From NCBI RefSeq assembly GCF_964355755.1, contig NC_092671.1:23820070-23884069 (forward strand): DNA of 64,000 bases, in the 5' to 3' direction. Positions 25,001 through 40,000 of the stretch are shown in pieces. Each line of letters opens with the position of its first letter. Positions within the stretch are counted from its first letter, which is position 1. Below the pieces are notes generated by a model. The model saw nothing but the letters and a program-made list of their open reading frames with translations, was not told the origin of the DNA and searched no databases. The translations under genes and the position numbers were made by a program. This stretch comes from Antedon mediterranea (lineage: Eukaryota; Animalia; Echinodermata).

Positions 25001-28000
25001 CAACACATGGCCCCCTGTATTCTATTCCAACGTTTTCTCCACGTTCACAATTGGCCATCCATAATGCATTTTCTGACTCATAGGATTGTCCATTTGTACC
25101 ACATATTACTCCTGGATTTCTTGGGCACTCATCATCAATACACTGACATACACACTCTGGCATGTTCCTATTTACAATGCAAACTTTCATATGGGAGCAC
25201 ATATCAGGTTGGCAAATATCTGTGAAATTATAAAATAAGTTTTGTTTAATATTGTGATTCTTACAATAGAGATAGGCAGGGATTATTTATTTTTTATTTA
25301 TTTATTTATTTTTTTTTTAAAATTTTATTTTAAGGGGGTTGCCCAGGAATCCAGGGACGTAGACACTGATTATTGTTGTAAAATTTCCAACATCTAGGAG
25401 GTGTCATCCAGCAAAATTCGCTTTGCCACAGCGATGACACCCCTAGATGTCTGGAAATGATACTCATGCAAGTAAAATTCATGATAAATGAAAACAGCAA
25501 TACGATCGTAGCCTATTTTTTTCCGCCAGTAAAACATACGCGACTAAAAACTTGATGACGGTACTTTACTACGGTAATAAATTCTAATAACTATAAATCA
25601 ATTAAAGGAAATTAAATATTATCAATTAATAATAAAAGTAAAAAAATGAAGCTGCTTCTAAAAATATTGAGTAAAACGTTAATTTGCAGAAAGAAGCAAA
25701 CACAGTTATTTCAAAGTTCAGAATGTCTGTAATTATGGAAATTTGACTTAATATATAACGAACGTATGAAGATAGGGATAGCGTAGGCCTACTAAACGGA
25801 AATACAAAACTGCACAAAATTATGATTTGGCCTTAAATTATGGAAAACTCCTAGTAAAACACAATAATTATGGACTGGTTTTCCCCTTAACATAGTGTGT
25901 GGTGGCCTGTCGTACATTCTCATGATGCACCACAAACAATTTTAGTCGGTCAGAAATTATAATGCTCAGAAACAAATATAATACGTTGTCAATTTACAGC
26001 CCTCAACTTCTGTAACGCTATATGGATATTACAGCGAGGAGAGGTATAAAAATAATTTAATAAAAGTTTAATTTAGTGGCAGAAAAAAACATTTAGTATC
26101 CCGGGAACTAGGGCAACACCCTGGGTGTTCTACTATAATAACTTTAAAGCCATCAAACAGTTGGGCACAAGTATCTTGACTAGTCAACTTCCTATGAAAG
26201 ATATGTGTGTTTGTGTACACAATAAGTTGTGTGGGTATTCTTGAATAATGTACAAAATCAATTATTTCTAATCAATGTAGGATATTTGAGCATTTCAAAT
26301 TGTCTGAATTTCACACACTCGCTCATATATAGCATGGAAAGATGTTTTTAACAATACATTTTGTGATCGTGATAAATTCTGTTAATTGTTATAAACTTTA
26401 ATTGCAAAATAACATGAAAACATGTACTAAAAAATGGGTAATTTAATGAAATTTTTGAAAAAATTTGCCTATTTTGTATCTATCATAGCCCCTTAAAATA
26501 AATGATTCTCCATTCAAAAAATGTATTATTGAAGCTGATGAGTAGATATGCATTCATTCTTTTTTTATGTTTTGGAATACCATAATAATTCTCATAATAT
26601 ATTCATAACATATGAATAACATAAAGTGAAAAAAAAACACCAAAAATTAGGAAACATCGTACAAAAATATAAGCCTGATAGAGTGGAAATCGTCAAAACT
26701 CACAAATAAAGATTACATGAACTCATCAAACAATGGAACACCATTTAAAACAAACAATATGTTTGCATTAACATTTGCAAACGCAAACAATCAACAATCT
26801 CAATGTGCCCTTATTGTATCTACACCAAAGGTTGTTGACATAGTAGCTCTTTACAGAAAGCATTTAGTCATATTTAAACATTTTCAAAACTTTTACATTA
26901 CATTTATGAGTATTGGAATGAGTGCATGATTTAAAAAAAAAAAACTATTTGTTTATGAAAATAAGTTTAATTTTATCTTTTTGGCAAGGCTCACACATCA
27001 GAAATTGTTAACAACTAAAAAAGAGGTATAAATTACTAACCTTGACATATTCTTCCATTCCCCATGTATCCAAGGTTACATTCACATTCAAAGCCACCAA
27101 CATTGTTGCTACATGATGCATGCTCATCACATAGGTCCATTGAACATTCATCAACATCTTAACACAAACAAAATGTTTAAGGGTTAAACAACAATTTAAT
27201 GATGGCAGCATCATCATTAGTGATAAGTTGTAAAATTATAAATTATATAATATAAATATCGAAGTGCTTAACAGCAATTAAATTAAATCCATTGTTGTGA
27301 TTTGTAAATATAAGTCAGATATAAACTAATTTGAAATCTAAAAAATAATTTGACACTTTTGTATCTCCCACTTTCCAGTACAATTGCTACTATGAAACGA
27401 CAAACTGAAAGCTCCATTTTATTATCCAATTATAAAGTCTACCAGAGGTTTCACCATGATACCATTTCCTCCGCCTTCTTCCCCCCCCTCCCACTATCTA
27501 TCACAATGTAAAGTTTACCAGGAGTTCCAGTCGAGTGATCTCCCCTACCTATCACAATGTAAAGTTTACCAGGGTTCCAGTTGAGTGATCTCCCCTATCT
27601 ATCACAATGCAAAGTTTACCAGGGGTTCCAGTCGAGTGATCTCCCCTATCTATCACAATGTAAAGTTTACCAAGGTTTCCAGTTGAGTGATCTCCCCCCT
27701 ATCTATCACAATGTAAAGTTTACCAGGGGTTCCAGTCAAGTGATCTCCCCTATCTATCACAATGTGAAGTTAACCAGGGGTTCCAGTTGAGTAATCTCCC
27801 CTATCTATCACAATGTAGAGTTTACTAGAGTTCCAGTCAAGTGATTTTACCATATCTATCGCAATATAAAGTTTACCAGTGTTCCAGTTGAGTGATCTCC
27901 CCTATCTATCACAATGTGAAGTTTACCAGGGTTCCAGTCGAGTGATGTCCCCTATCTATCACAATGTAAAGTTTACCAGGGTTCCTGTTGAGTGATCTCC

Positions 28001-31000
28001 CCTATCTATCACAATGTGAAGTATACCAGGGTTCCAGTTGAGTGATCTCCCCTATCTATCACAATGTGAAGTTTACCAGGGGTTCCAGTCGAGTGATCTC
28101 CCCTATCTATCACAATGTAAAGTTTACCAGGGGTTCCAGTTAAGTGATCTCCCCCCTATCTATCACAATGTAAAGATTACCAGGGGTCCCAGTCGAGTGA
28201 TCTCCCTCCCCCCCCCCCCAGTGGCGTATCCAGGATTTTGAAGTTGGGGGGGCCGGGAATTGTCAATTTGCCGACAAAATTAGTGTCATTATCTGTACAT
28301 ACACCTGATCAATATACGGTTCTAGGATTGCATAGTCATATTGTCTTATATGGGATAACGATGCAAAATTAAAACCAGACCAACATTATCTGTTAGTATG
28401 TTGCATTCATATTACAATAAAGAAAAAATTAGGAAATCTGGCTTGTAGTTTTCGAAATATAGGGTCTAAAACATCGCCGAAAATTATCGTTTTTAGCCAC
28501 GAAAGAAGTAAAACAATTTGCGGCCCCAGTCGGCAATTCTATTAACTAGGCCTACGCCATTTTTGTTTAAAATAATTACATATAGGCCTAATTACGTTTT
28601 TTAGTAATTTATTTTATATATCACCATTGGAAATATCAATAAAACATGTTATTAAATGCTTATAAAATATATGAAGTTGTTTACTTAACGGAATTCGGAC
28701 AAATTCATTGCTCTAATTTTGTGTAGTAACGATCAGAGAGACCGTATGATCAACTTCATGGTACACGCGCGAGAGAAAACATTCCGCTGCGGGTGATTCG
28801 CATCCACCAATCAAATCAGCCAGAATCCAAAATCATTCAACCGTGAGCAATGCCAATCACGAGAAAGCTCAGCTTTGATTGGCTTACGATGACATCATAT
28901 CACAAAATGGTGGTTTTATAGTTGAGCCTCACGGAATATTCTGTTCCAAAAATGAAATTCATGGATATTTTTTATGGTATGTGTGCTTTTTCTTTAAAAA
29001 ATTTGAATAATAAAGGCCTCATATCGAGAAAAAAACGGGTTTTTGGCACTTATAATAAATATATCTTACGAGAAAAAAAGCACATGGCATGTGGAACTAT
29101 ATAATCTTAGCCTAGGAAGACATACAAATCCCTGGTCATGAGAGGCTCAACTGCAAAAACAAGGTTGAATAGGATAAGGTCACCGGACCGTTCTTCAAAG
29201 ACTTTTGAGTAAACAATCTAGCGCGTACGGCCGTACGTACGTGCTAGATGATAAGATATTTTGACCACATTTTTTACTTGTTTGGTTAGATGTAATGAAA
29301 ATAAAAAATAGTTGATCTGAACATGCATGGAGGTACCTCCATCATCTGAAGGGAATGATATGATATGTAAATAAACAAACACTCAAAAGAATTATGTTTA
29401 CAGTTCAATTATTGTCAGAATAATAGTTTATTCTTATTTGCCTAACTTTATTTTTTTCCCGGCACCTTTGTTTGCCGACGGACGCAATGATGTGCCGACG
29501 GACACGAAATCAGGGGGGCCCGGGCCCCCCGGCCCCCCCACTGGATACGCCACTGCTCCCCCCCTATCTACCACAATGTAAAGTTTACCAGGGTTCCAGT
29601 TGAGTGATCTCCCCTATCTATCACAATGTAAAGTTTACCAGGGTTCCAGTTGAGTGATCTCCCCTATCTATCACAATGTAAAGTTTACCAGGGTTCCAGT
29701 TGAGTGATCTCCCCTATCTATCACAATGTAAAGTTTACCAGGGTTCCAGTTGAGTGATCTCCCCTATCTATCACAATGTAAAGTTTACCAGGGTTCCAGT
29801 TGAGTGATCTCCCCTATCTATCACAATGTAAAGTTTACCAGGGTTCCAGTTGAGTGATCTCCCCTATCTATCACAATGTAAAGTTTACCAGGGTTCCAGT
29901 TGAGTGATCTCCACTATCTATCACAATGTAAAGTTTACCAGGGTTCCAGTTGAGTGATCTCCCCTATCTATCACAATGTAAAGTTTACCAGGGTTCCAGT
30001 TGAGTGATCTCCCCTATCTATCACAATGTAAAGTTTACCAGGGTTCCAGTTGAGTGATCTCCCCTATCTATCACAATGTAAAGTTTACCAGGGTTCCAGT
30101 TGAGTGATCTCCCCTACCTATCACAATGTAAAGTTTACCAGGGGTTCCAGTTGAGTGATCTCCCCTATCTATCACAATGTAAAGTTTACCAGGGGTTCCA
30201 GTTGAGTGATCTCCCCTATCTATTACAATGTAAAGTTTACCAAGGGTTCCAGTTAAGTTAAGTCCCCCTATCTATCACAATATAAAGCTTACGAAGGGTT
30301 CCAGTCCAGTTAAGTCCCCCTATCTATTGCAATGTAAAGTTTACCAGGTGTCCCATTCAAGCGATCTCCCCTATCTATCACAATGACCAAAAATAAATCA
30401 GTCAGTATTAATCATATTTATCTAGAATTTAGTGATTAAAATGAACCTGGTTCCTCCTTTGCATTGTGTGAATTCCCATCATCATCATCATCCGTTACGC
30501 TATTCGTCTTGGGTAGACATTGCGTACGCTAATCGTTTCCATGACTCTCTTTCGGTGGTCTGATGGTGTGTCATTAATTTTGCGATCGATGTATTTGCTT
30601 TTTTGAGTTCTTTATTTATGTTTCCTATCCAGGTAGTTTTTGGTGAACTCCCATGCAAAAGCTTAATGTTATAATAGATGATGATTTATTCCCTATATTT
30701 ATTTGTAATAAAATGAAACAAATGTATATTTTATATACATACCAACACATTCATTTTCATCCATAGCATAGCCTCTTCTACAGTCACATCTGAATGCACC
30801 AGCAGTATTTATACAGATGGAGTTATCAACACATTCAGCCTCACCACTCACACATTCATCAATATCTGGAGTAGAATAACATTGATTCAAGATAAGGTGC
30901 ATTAAAATTCTTCATATGAACAATTTTGTTTCTCAGTATTAATAGGTTTGGTTAACTAAACTTACCTTCACAGTTCATCTCTTCATCATTCAGAATAAAA

Positions 31001-34000
31001 CCATCCAAGCAGGCACAACCAAAAGAGCTTTCTAAGTTGATACAGCTGCCAAAATCACCACATGTACCTGGTACTGCGCATTCATTGATATCTTTGAAAT
31101 AAGTGAAATAATAATTTACAATACTGTATTATTTTGTTATTAAAAATATTGATTAAAACATTAATGGCATATGGGGTGATCAGTTCATTCATGTGTGCTA
31201 TTGCTATGCAAACTTGCAGACAAAAGTTCTATTTTTAGTTTTTGTTGCTTATGTTTGTATATCAAGCTAAATTACTGTAGTGTTTGATCGCTTAACAATG
31301 CCTTAATTAAAATTTTTTTTTGAGTATTTCTCTAATATCTTTCAACACTAACTACTTAAAATTGTATGCCTAGTAGTTAGAATACAATAAAAGTCGTACC
31401 AATGCAGTATTTGCCATTGCCCCTGTAGCCCTCCTGACAATCACACCGATATGATCCAATGGAGTTGGAACAAGTTGCATTAATATGGCAGCTAACGGTT
31501 TCACACTCATCGATATCTAGTGGAAATAGATAGCAAAAACAATAATAATAATTCAGTATAAGAGAAAATAGAGGTAGATGGGTCTAGAGGAAAAATCACA
31601 TTTTTTAAAAACCTATTTTCTCTTTTAATACACTTAAAATATCCTATTTCTGTTTTTACCTCTAAATGTGCTTACTTTGTGTTAAACTTTAGGTTTTATT
31701 TTATATTTTCTTTTGTCCATTTATATACTGTATTTTGTTTACATTTATGTACTTAAGAAACCACTTTGGAAATCAGTACACTGTATTGAAAGTGTATTTC
31801 AGAATAAAGAAAGATTAAATAAATAAATATGTGTAAAAGGTTTATTTTAAATCATACCTATACATTCTCCATCCATTCGGCTAAATCCATCTTTACATCG
31901 ACATGAGTAGGCTCCTGGTTCGTTGATACATAAGGTGTTAATTGGACAAACTGCATAATACTGGGATCCCAATAGCTCAACACATTCATTGATGTCTTAT
32001 TAAAAAATTAAAAGAAACATTTTAGTTTTGAGTTATTAAAAAACTTTGTTTTGGTATGGATCAGGTTATTCTATCTATTATTTTCTACAATTTTTTGTTT
32101 TAATTATTTCTTTTAAAATGTTTCTGTTTTTGTGTTTGAAGATTCCTTCTCTATGGATGACTACAAAAAACCACTGATGATCACTTCATAATGTCAACTC
32201 ATGCATATAAATAACAGAAACCAATATAACAATCATTATGAATACATTATCATTGTAATGTACATTGATTTACATACAGAAGAATTTATATACTCTGCTA
32301 TGGTTTATTGAATACACTTACCAACACAATTACGGCCAACTTGTCTAAAGCCTTCATTACAAGAGCATGTATAAGATCCAATTAAATTCTCACATGATCC
32401 ATGTTCACAGGTTGTATTATATGCTGTACACTCATCAATGTCTAAAAATACAGGTATATGAAATAAAAAAAACGATAATATAATAATATAATAATGTTGG
32501 TTTCAATTCCAAAAGAAAGAAAGTGTAGAGGGGGAAAAAGAGTTGTTTAATTTAATAATTTTATTACCTGTACATATTTCACCGTCACCAGTATATCCTG
32601 AACCACAAGCACAATCGTAAGACCGATAAGTATTGAAACATTGAGCTGATGGGTGACATCGATGCAAGCCTTGCAAACACTCATTTACATCTAAAGAGAC
32701 AATAAAAAGAAATAGATTTGTACCTAAATAATCAAATCATGATTCACCATAAATCTGGTAGTAAACATACAAAATGTAGTTTTAAGGCCAATTTACACAG
32801 ACAAGCGGTAATGGTAATATAAAGTCTAGAATCTAATGTTATTCCTGTTGACCATTTATACACAATGTGGAGCGGACGGGTGCTCAGCTCAGATTTTAAG
32901 TGCTACATGCTACGCAGTTTATACACAATGTGGAGCGGACGGGCGCTCAGCTCAGATCCTATGTGCTACATGCTACGCAGTTTTGCGCTTACCGTTACCG
33001 CTTATCTGTGTAAATTGTCCACTGTACAGTACAATGACTAACCAATATATTTTTAATTCAAAGACATTAAACAACAATTTTAAGTAACTTTCAGATAGGT
33101 CAGGTTTTTTTGAAAATGTAAAGTGTCTTTTTTTTATTTCTAACTTTCAATCTTTCATAATATATTGCATGAACAAAAAAGAAAACAACAGATAAAAAAA
33201 ACATCAACAAAAGAAAACTTTGTCACTTAAAAAAAATAATGTAAAATGTTTAAGATGAAAGAATAAATAGTGATTTAAAATAATTTAGTTAGTCAGAAGA
33301 TTTCACTCACCATGACAGGCCCTGTTATCAGCTGTACTTTGTAGCCCTGATGGACATATACACTCATATGTACCTTCAAGATTGTGGCAGATAGAATCCT
33401 CACTGCATTGTGGATCATTTTCACATTCGTTAATATCTGTTCAATTGGATATTAAATAATAACATTAATTTGCAAAACAATAAAAACAGTACACAAATAT
33501 TTCAATTCCTCATAAGAATATAAACAAGATTATTCATTAATGATAGATATGATGATATTATGGGTAGTCTAAAATTTCAAATGCTTAAACAGTTACTTTT
33601 ATTTGCAATATCAGAATACAGTACAGTATTTTATCACCATTCAAATCTTAATTAATAGCTTTAATTTCTTACCTATGCAGTGTCCAGCAGCATTTTCTTG
33701 ATATCCGGCCCCACATCGACATGTAAAGTTACCCATTGTATTAATACATTGTGATACACGTTCTGGGCAATCATCAATGTTCATGAGACACTCATTCTTA
33801 TCTGTTTATACATATAAATGTAATACATTATTCTATGTAGTGGAGCTGTAGCTTGGTGGTTAACGTGCTTGCCTTCCAATCCCAAGGTCCCGGGTTCAAT
33901 CCTGACCTAGTGCAGGGTTGTAACTCATGACTCTTTCAACTCCACTCCCTAAGCCTCAAATGAGACTTAGTTTATAAGCACGATAAATTATTAAAATAGT

Positions 34001-34048
34001 TTAACCATCCTGTAATTGGCGAGTTTCTCGCTGTTGAATGAGTATGAC

Positions 34049-34084
<36 letters not shown>

Positions 34085-37000
34085 ACAAAAAGTGGGCTTA
34101 AAACTGCATTTGTTAATAGGTTCTTAAAAAAAATTAAAAAATGTATGCGCGTGTTAACAATGTTAAATTACTATACCCCTTTTACACCGCCGAGCTTAAA
34201 CAAACCCGTGCCGTGTCCGCCTAATTCATAACACGGGAATGACACGGGTTGTGTGTATTTACACTTCAAAATACCAACCTGTGTAAATGTTCTAGATCAA
34301 TCGAAATATTGCCCTCTCACGCATAGTAATGGTCTGCTCATTATACCTCCCACAATTTTGTTTTATGGCAATACACACAAAAATCTAAAGATACGCTGAG
34401 TGTTTTACACAGCAAACACGGGTTCATCCCGGGTTGACTTGATGCTGAATACATTCCGCATCACTTACCCGAGTGGTTCAGCGACCCGGGTAACTTTTTA
34501 CGCCGTTTACACCGGCCTAAATTTCCGCATTTTTGCGCCCCGGGTACGACTCGGGTTATACAATTCCGGATCAACTACGCATTTTTACTGGCGGTGTAAA
34601 AGGGGTAGTAATATCAAAAGAAAGCTAAAGGGTACGAACCAACACAGTGGACACCATTGCCCTCAAACCCTTTGTTACATTGACAACCATAATTTCCATC
34701 TCCATTGATGCAAACAGCATTACTGCTACACCGGTTATCTCCAGTTGCACATTCATCAATGTCTAAAAATGGATAAAATATCTTACATAAACTTCTAAAC
34801 CTTGCATTTATGGCATACTGTATATATATTATAAACAAATCAGGCAATATATATATAAACACATTAGGCAAAGAACATGAATTCTAAAGCGCCAGGTGAT
34901 ATACAGAAATTAAATTTATTAATTTGAAACGATAAAGATGAGGAAATCTGTGAGAATGAGAAAAAGTCGCCCCAACCGAGACTTGAACTCGGGCCGTCTG
35001 CTTGATATGCATTTGCCCTAACCATTAGACCACTGGGGCTTTCATGGTATTGTTCAAACTCGATTGGATAGCAACTCTTTAACATTCTCGGCGTGGTACG
35101 GCGGAACAGCACTAGTCCTCAGTTGTACGCACGCGCAACAGAGATCAAATTGATACGCCCACATCTTTCACTATTTTTATTCACGAGGCGGGATCTCCAA
35201 AGAGATACTTTTATATATATAAACACATTAGGCAAAGAACATTAATTCTAAACCGCCCGGTAATATACTGAAATTTAATTAATTATTTGAAACGATAAAA
35301 TGAGGAAATCTGTGAGAATGAGAAAAAGTATAAGTTACCATAATGTAGGCAAGTTCATGCACACTTTATAATTAGTATTTAACGTCATCAAATAAAAAGA
35401 AATTTTAAAGTTATGCTTACCAGTACAAATCTCACCATCACCATCATAGCCTGGATTACACACACACAGAAATGAGCCTGGAAGGTTCATACAGGTGCTA
35501 TACAAACCATGACATGTAGACTGGCCTTCTGTACATTCATCAATATCTAAATTGTCAAATGCAATACAACTGTTAAACTTTTGATCAAAACAAACAGTAC
35601 AAAATGATGATAATTAGCAAAATATCAAAAATTGTAATACAAATTTCAGGTTGTGTCAGTTTCTTTACCCTTCCTTTAGTGTTTCACCCTTTAGTTTGTT
35701 GATTGATATAAATAATACTTACCCGTACAAATATGACCATTACCACTGTAGCCACTATTACATACACATGAATAACTTCCTTCATAGTTTGTACATTCAG
35801 CATTATCATGACATTGATTATCAACACATTCATCTACATCTGAGAGTATTCATAAAAAATTAAAAAATACATCATTACTGAATAAAGTTTAAAATAACTA
35901 AAAAATTACATAGATCATACATCCTCAGAATATTATGCATTACCTAAAAAGATATCTTTAAATATATTTGCTATTGCTGGATTTTTACCTGTACATTGTC
36001 TTCCGCTTCCACGAAAGCCGGCTTTGCATTCACATGAAAAACTTCCAATTTCATTAATACAATTTGCATCTTCATGGCAATTATGGCTACCAGTAGCGCA
36101 TTCATTTACATCTGAAGCACAAAAAATAAATCCATTGTTAAATAAAATATAGTACCAATTTAAATAACTTAATTTTGCCTTTTTGGCATATGAATACAAG
36201 AATCAGTATCTATAATTGCCAATTTTTTTTAATAATTTCAAAATACACTATATGTAGTAAATTATAACACAATACCTTGGCAAGATCCTCCTACTCCACT
36301 AAAGTGGTCATGACATGTACATTCAAAATACCCTTCATTGTTAACACAATCTGAATTTTCTGGACAAAGATCTGGATTTTCTTCACATTCATTGATATCT
36401 ATAACAAGCATAAAATCAAATGTTTATATTAAAACAATCATACAGTATTTAACACCTCAAAGTCAAAATTGTAAAATTATACGACATTGAAAAAAAAAAC
36501 TAAATATATATGATTAATATATTAAATGTAATTGAATAACTCCATCTTTGCATTTTCAGTATTAAGAGATTAAAGTGAATAAGGGCTTGAAGCAAGATAC
36601 CTGCACATTCACCACCATCAGTCATTGAATATCCTGGCTGACAGACACATACAGGTTCACCACTTGTTTCATCACAGTAACTGGTTTCACTACAACTAAC
36701 TGCATCAGGATTTTCACATGTGGACATCTCTGCAATAAATAAATGTTTAAATAAATTATTTTGGATGAAACTGATATGTGTTGATTATCATAATTGATAT
36801 TCTTTTAAATATGCTGGTATCATAGAGATGCTTCTATTCAATCTTTTCATTATGCATCATTTACTTTAAATGCCAAGGAAAAGAAATAAATAATTTAAAA
36901 AAAGACTAAGTATGAATTGATCAATTGATTGATGTGCATCATTCAGTAAATGACAACTTACTTGTACAATGATAGCCATCTCCTTCATAGCCATCATTAC

Positions 37001-40000
37001 ATGTACATGTATAGCCAGGTATGTCGTTGCTACAACTAGCCATTTCTGGACACAAATCAGTGCCTAATTCACATTCATCAATGTCTAGAAGGAAAAAAAT
37101 GAATTTATGATAATCTTCAAATGTCAATAAACCTTGATTCAAAAGATTCTGGTTTCAGCTAATGAAACACTATACATCCATTATCTATTTATTTAGTTCA
37201 GGTTATTTGTTTTTACAATTTTATTTTATATAGACATATTTGCACTTATTAACCTGTACAGTTGAAACCACTGCCTTCAAATCCAGTTCTACATGAACAC
37301 TCAAATCCACCTTTGTTATTTCCACAATCTGCATTTACATCACATGGACCAAGTTCACATTCATCCACATCTAAAAAATTTAAAATATTAAATAGTAATC
37401 TAGAATTTAATTTGTCACTTTGATGAAATATAGGTGATCATTGTGATAGAAGATAATAATTTTATAGAATTTAATTTGTAATAATCTGCGCAAACGCAAC
37501 ATGCACAAAAGTTAAAATATGAGCGTAAAAATGATGTTGATGTATGCAATCCTAAGACCTGATGCATATAAGATTAGTGCAGAGTTGTGCCTATTATGTG
37601 TCATATATAGAATATATACAGTATACATAGTGTAGCATAGGTGAAATTACGGGACCCATATATGTCATAATTTTATAAAATAAAACATGAAGATGACTAT
37701 TTCGGAAGATAATGATTTGAGCAAGGAGAAATGGAATAGATAGATTTGGAAAAAAAATGATGTGTGTGACAAAGGTGTGATTTTTTACTAAACAGCCCAA
37801 TGCTGGCTATTCGAAACCTGTATCAATGTCATTTGAGGCCAAAACAAAGTCTCTACAGTCGATTTAGTTGAATTATATATGCAAATATTGAGAAAATAGG
37901 GTTGAGGATAAAATTTCGTACTTCAAGTCATTTTTTTGGTAAAAAGCTTTATTAGAGCAAATATAAATAAGTACATTTTGAATAAGTCTGTAAAAATCAA
38001 AATCAAAAATCTCTAGCATTAGTGGTTCTTTGAGATATGGGAAGACTGTATATTCACCCACCCCACTTTATTTGCATATTTCATTTAATAATAATATTAA
38101 TTAATAATAATATTAACAATTTTTTTTTTTTGTAATACTAATTTGCATACTTTTGAGGTGTGTAACAAGGTGTGATTTTTAGAAATTACAAAACTGTCCT
38201 ATGCTGGTCATTAGAACCCTGTTTTATGAGTCATATGAGGCTCGAACAAAGTTTCTACAGACAATTAAGTTACAATAAATATTGAGTAGAATTGAGTAGA
38301 GGGTCAAATGCCGTAAATTTTTTGTAAAATATTTCATTAGAGCAAATACATATATATATATTTAACTTTTTCTGACTAGTAGTAGTTTTTGAGATATGGT
38401 AACCCTGTAATTTCACCCTAATTTGCATATTTAAGCTAATTTGCATATCATCAGGATGAGTGACAGAGGTGTAATGCTCAAATGCTGATCTCCTCAACAT
38501 ATGTGACCATTTATTGTTTCACTCAAAATGCTAGATTGCCTAGCCTACATTGTATTATTCCAAACAATTTGAAAATATAGATACAGATCATACAGGTAAA
38601 CAAATATTTACCGGTGCATTGAGATCCATTGTCTTCAAATCCATCCTCACAATTACAGTCATAGCCTCCATCAGTGTTGGAACAATAAGAATTAGCTGGG
38701 CAGTCAGATCCACCTTCAATACATTCATTGATATCTAATAAAATGTAAAAAAAAATTTATAAATAAAACTGTATTGCACTTACAGTAGTACTAATAAAAT
38801 CATATGTATAATTGTATTATGTAAATAACCAAAATTGTTTACCGATGCAAGCTGTGCCATTGGCCTGTCCATCACCTTGGTAGCCGCGAGGGCAAGTACA
38901 GATAACACCACCAACAATATTGTAACAGTCTGTACCTTCAACACATATGGCCACTTCACCAGTACATTCATCAACATCTGAAAAGACGAAATAAAAAATC
39001 CATAAATTTCTAATAACTAGATGGTACGCTCGCTTCGCTCGCGTACCATCTAGGTCGTACCCACAGATGGTTCTCGAATACACAGTAATTTCAGCGTTAA
39101 AAAACTGGCGATTTCAAATGTACAATAATGCAGGACAATAATATATGTCGTTTACAGGAACGATTAAATAGACACTGTGATTTATCATTTATGTACTCAA
39201 CTAAAATTAGCACACTGGGAATTACTTCCGAAAGAGAAAGTTGTCACAAAATGAGACCAATTGTTTAAGTCAAATTTAAACAAACTTAATTTGTGTTTTG
39301 TATGTAACATTATGGTTGAGAGATGGGGAAGAGGATGGGTGCAAAGAGGAACAATTTTTAAATATATTCTTTATTTTGTAACGAAATATTAATTAACATG
39401 TTTTACAAATAATATACCACTAAACACAGTAAAACATTGCGATGTAATACTTTGTTGAAACTATCACCGTCGTAGTCGATTGAAATAGTACAGTACATGT
39501 AACGATACACTACGACGTATGTTTATATATAATGTTAAACAATTTGTGAAAACCACCTCTATTCGGGGCAAATCATAATTCGATTTAATCGGTAATAAAT
39601 ATTAAATTACGGCGACTGAAAACGATAGCTCATTATCCGTTTAAAAAAAATTATATTCCACCTCTGCAGCACAGATTGAAAAAAAAAATGGATCGAATTT
39701 CTGTTATGAGTATACAGTACTTTCCTTTACGACGCCTGAGGGAATAGACACTTGTGGAACGACACAGAGATTGGAATGTTCCATTCATCGCAAATCAATA
39801 CATTTGTATAAACGTATATTAAATCTATCAAAATAGTATTTTTTAAAGAAAATCGGCCTGTCTTCAACATTATGATACTGTACTCGAGCTGTTCAACCGG
39901 TTTTCAGCTATTAAAAACAATTATCGTAGGAGGAGATAGGAAAATGCGAAGCCTCCTCGCATTTTTGTGGCGGGTATTTTTCAAGATGGACATCCATTAG

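Noticed and set aside
27496-30385. CRISPR-like regular repeat array
   Set aside because: Units are head-to-tail with no unique spacers, there are no cas genes, and the context is a eukaryotic intron. It is a minisatellite.
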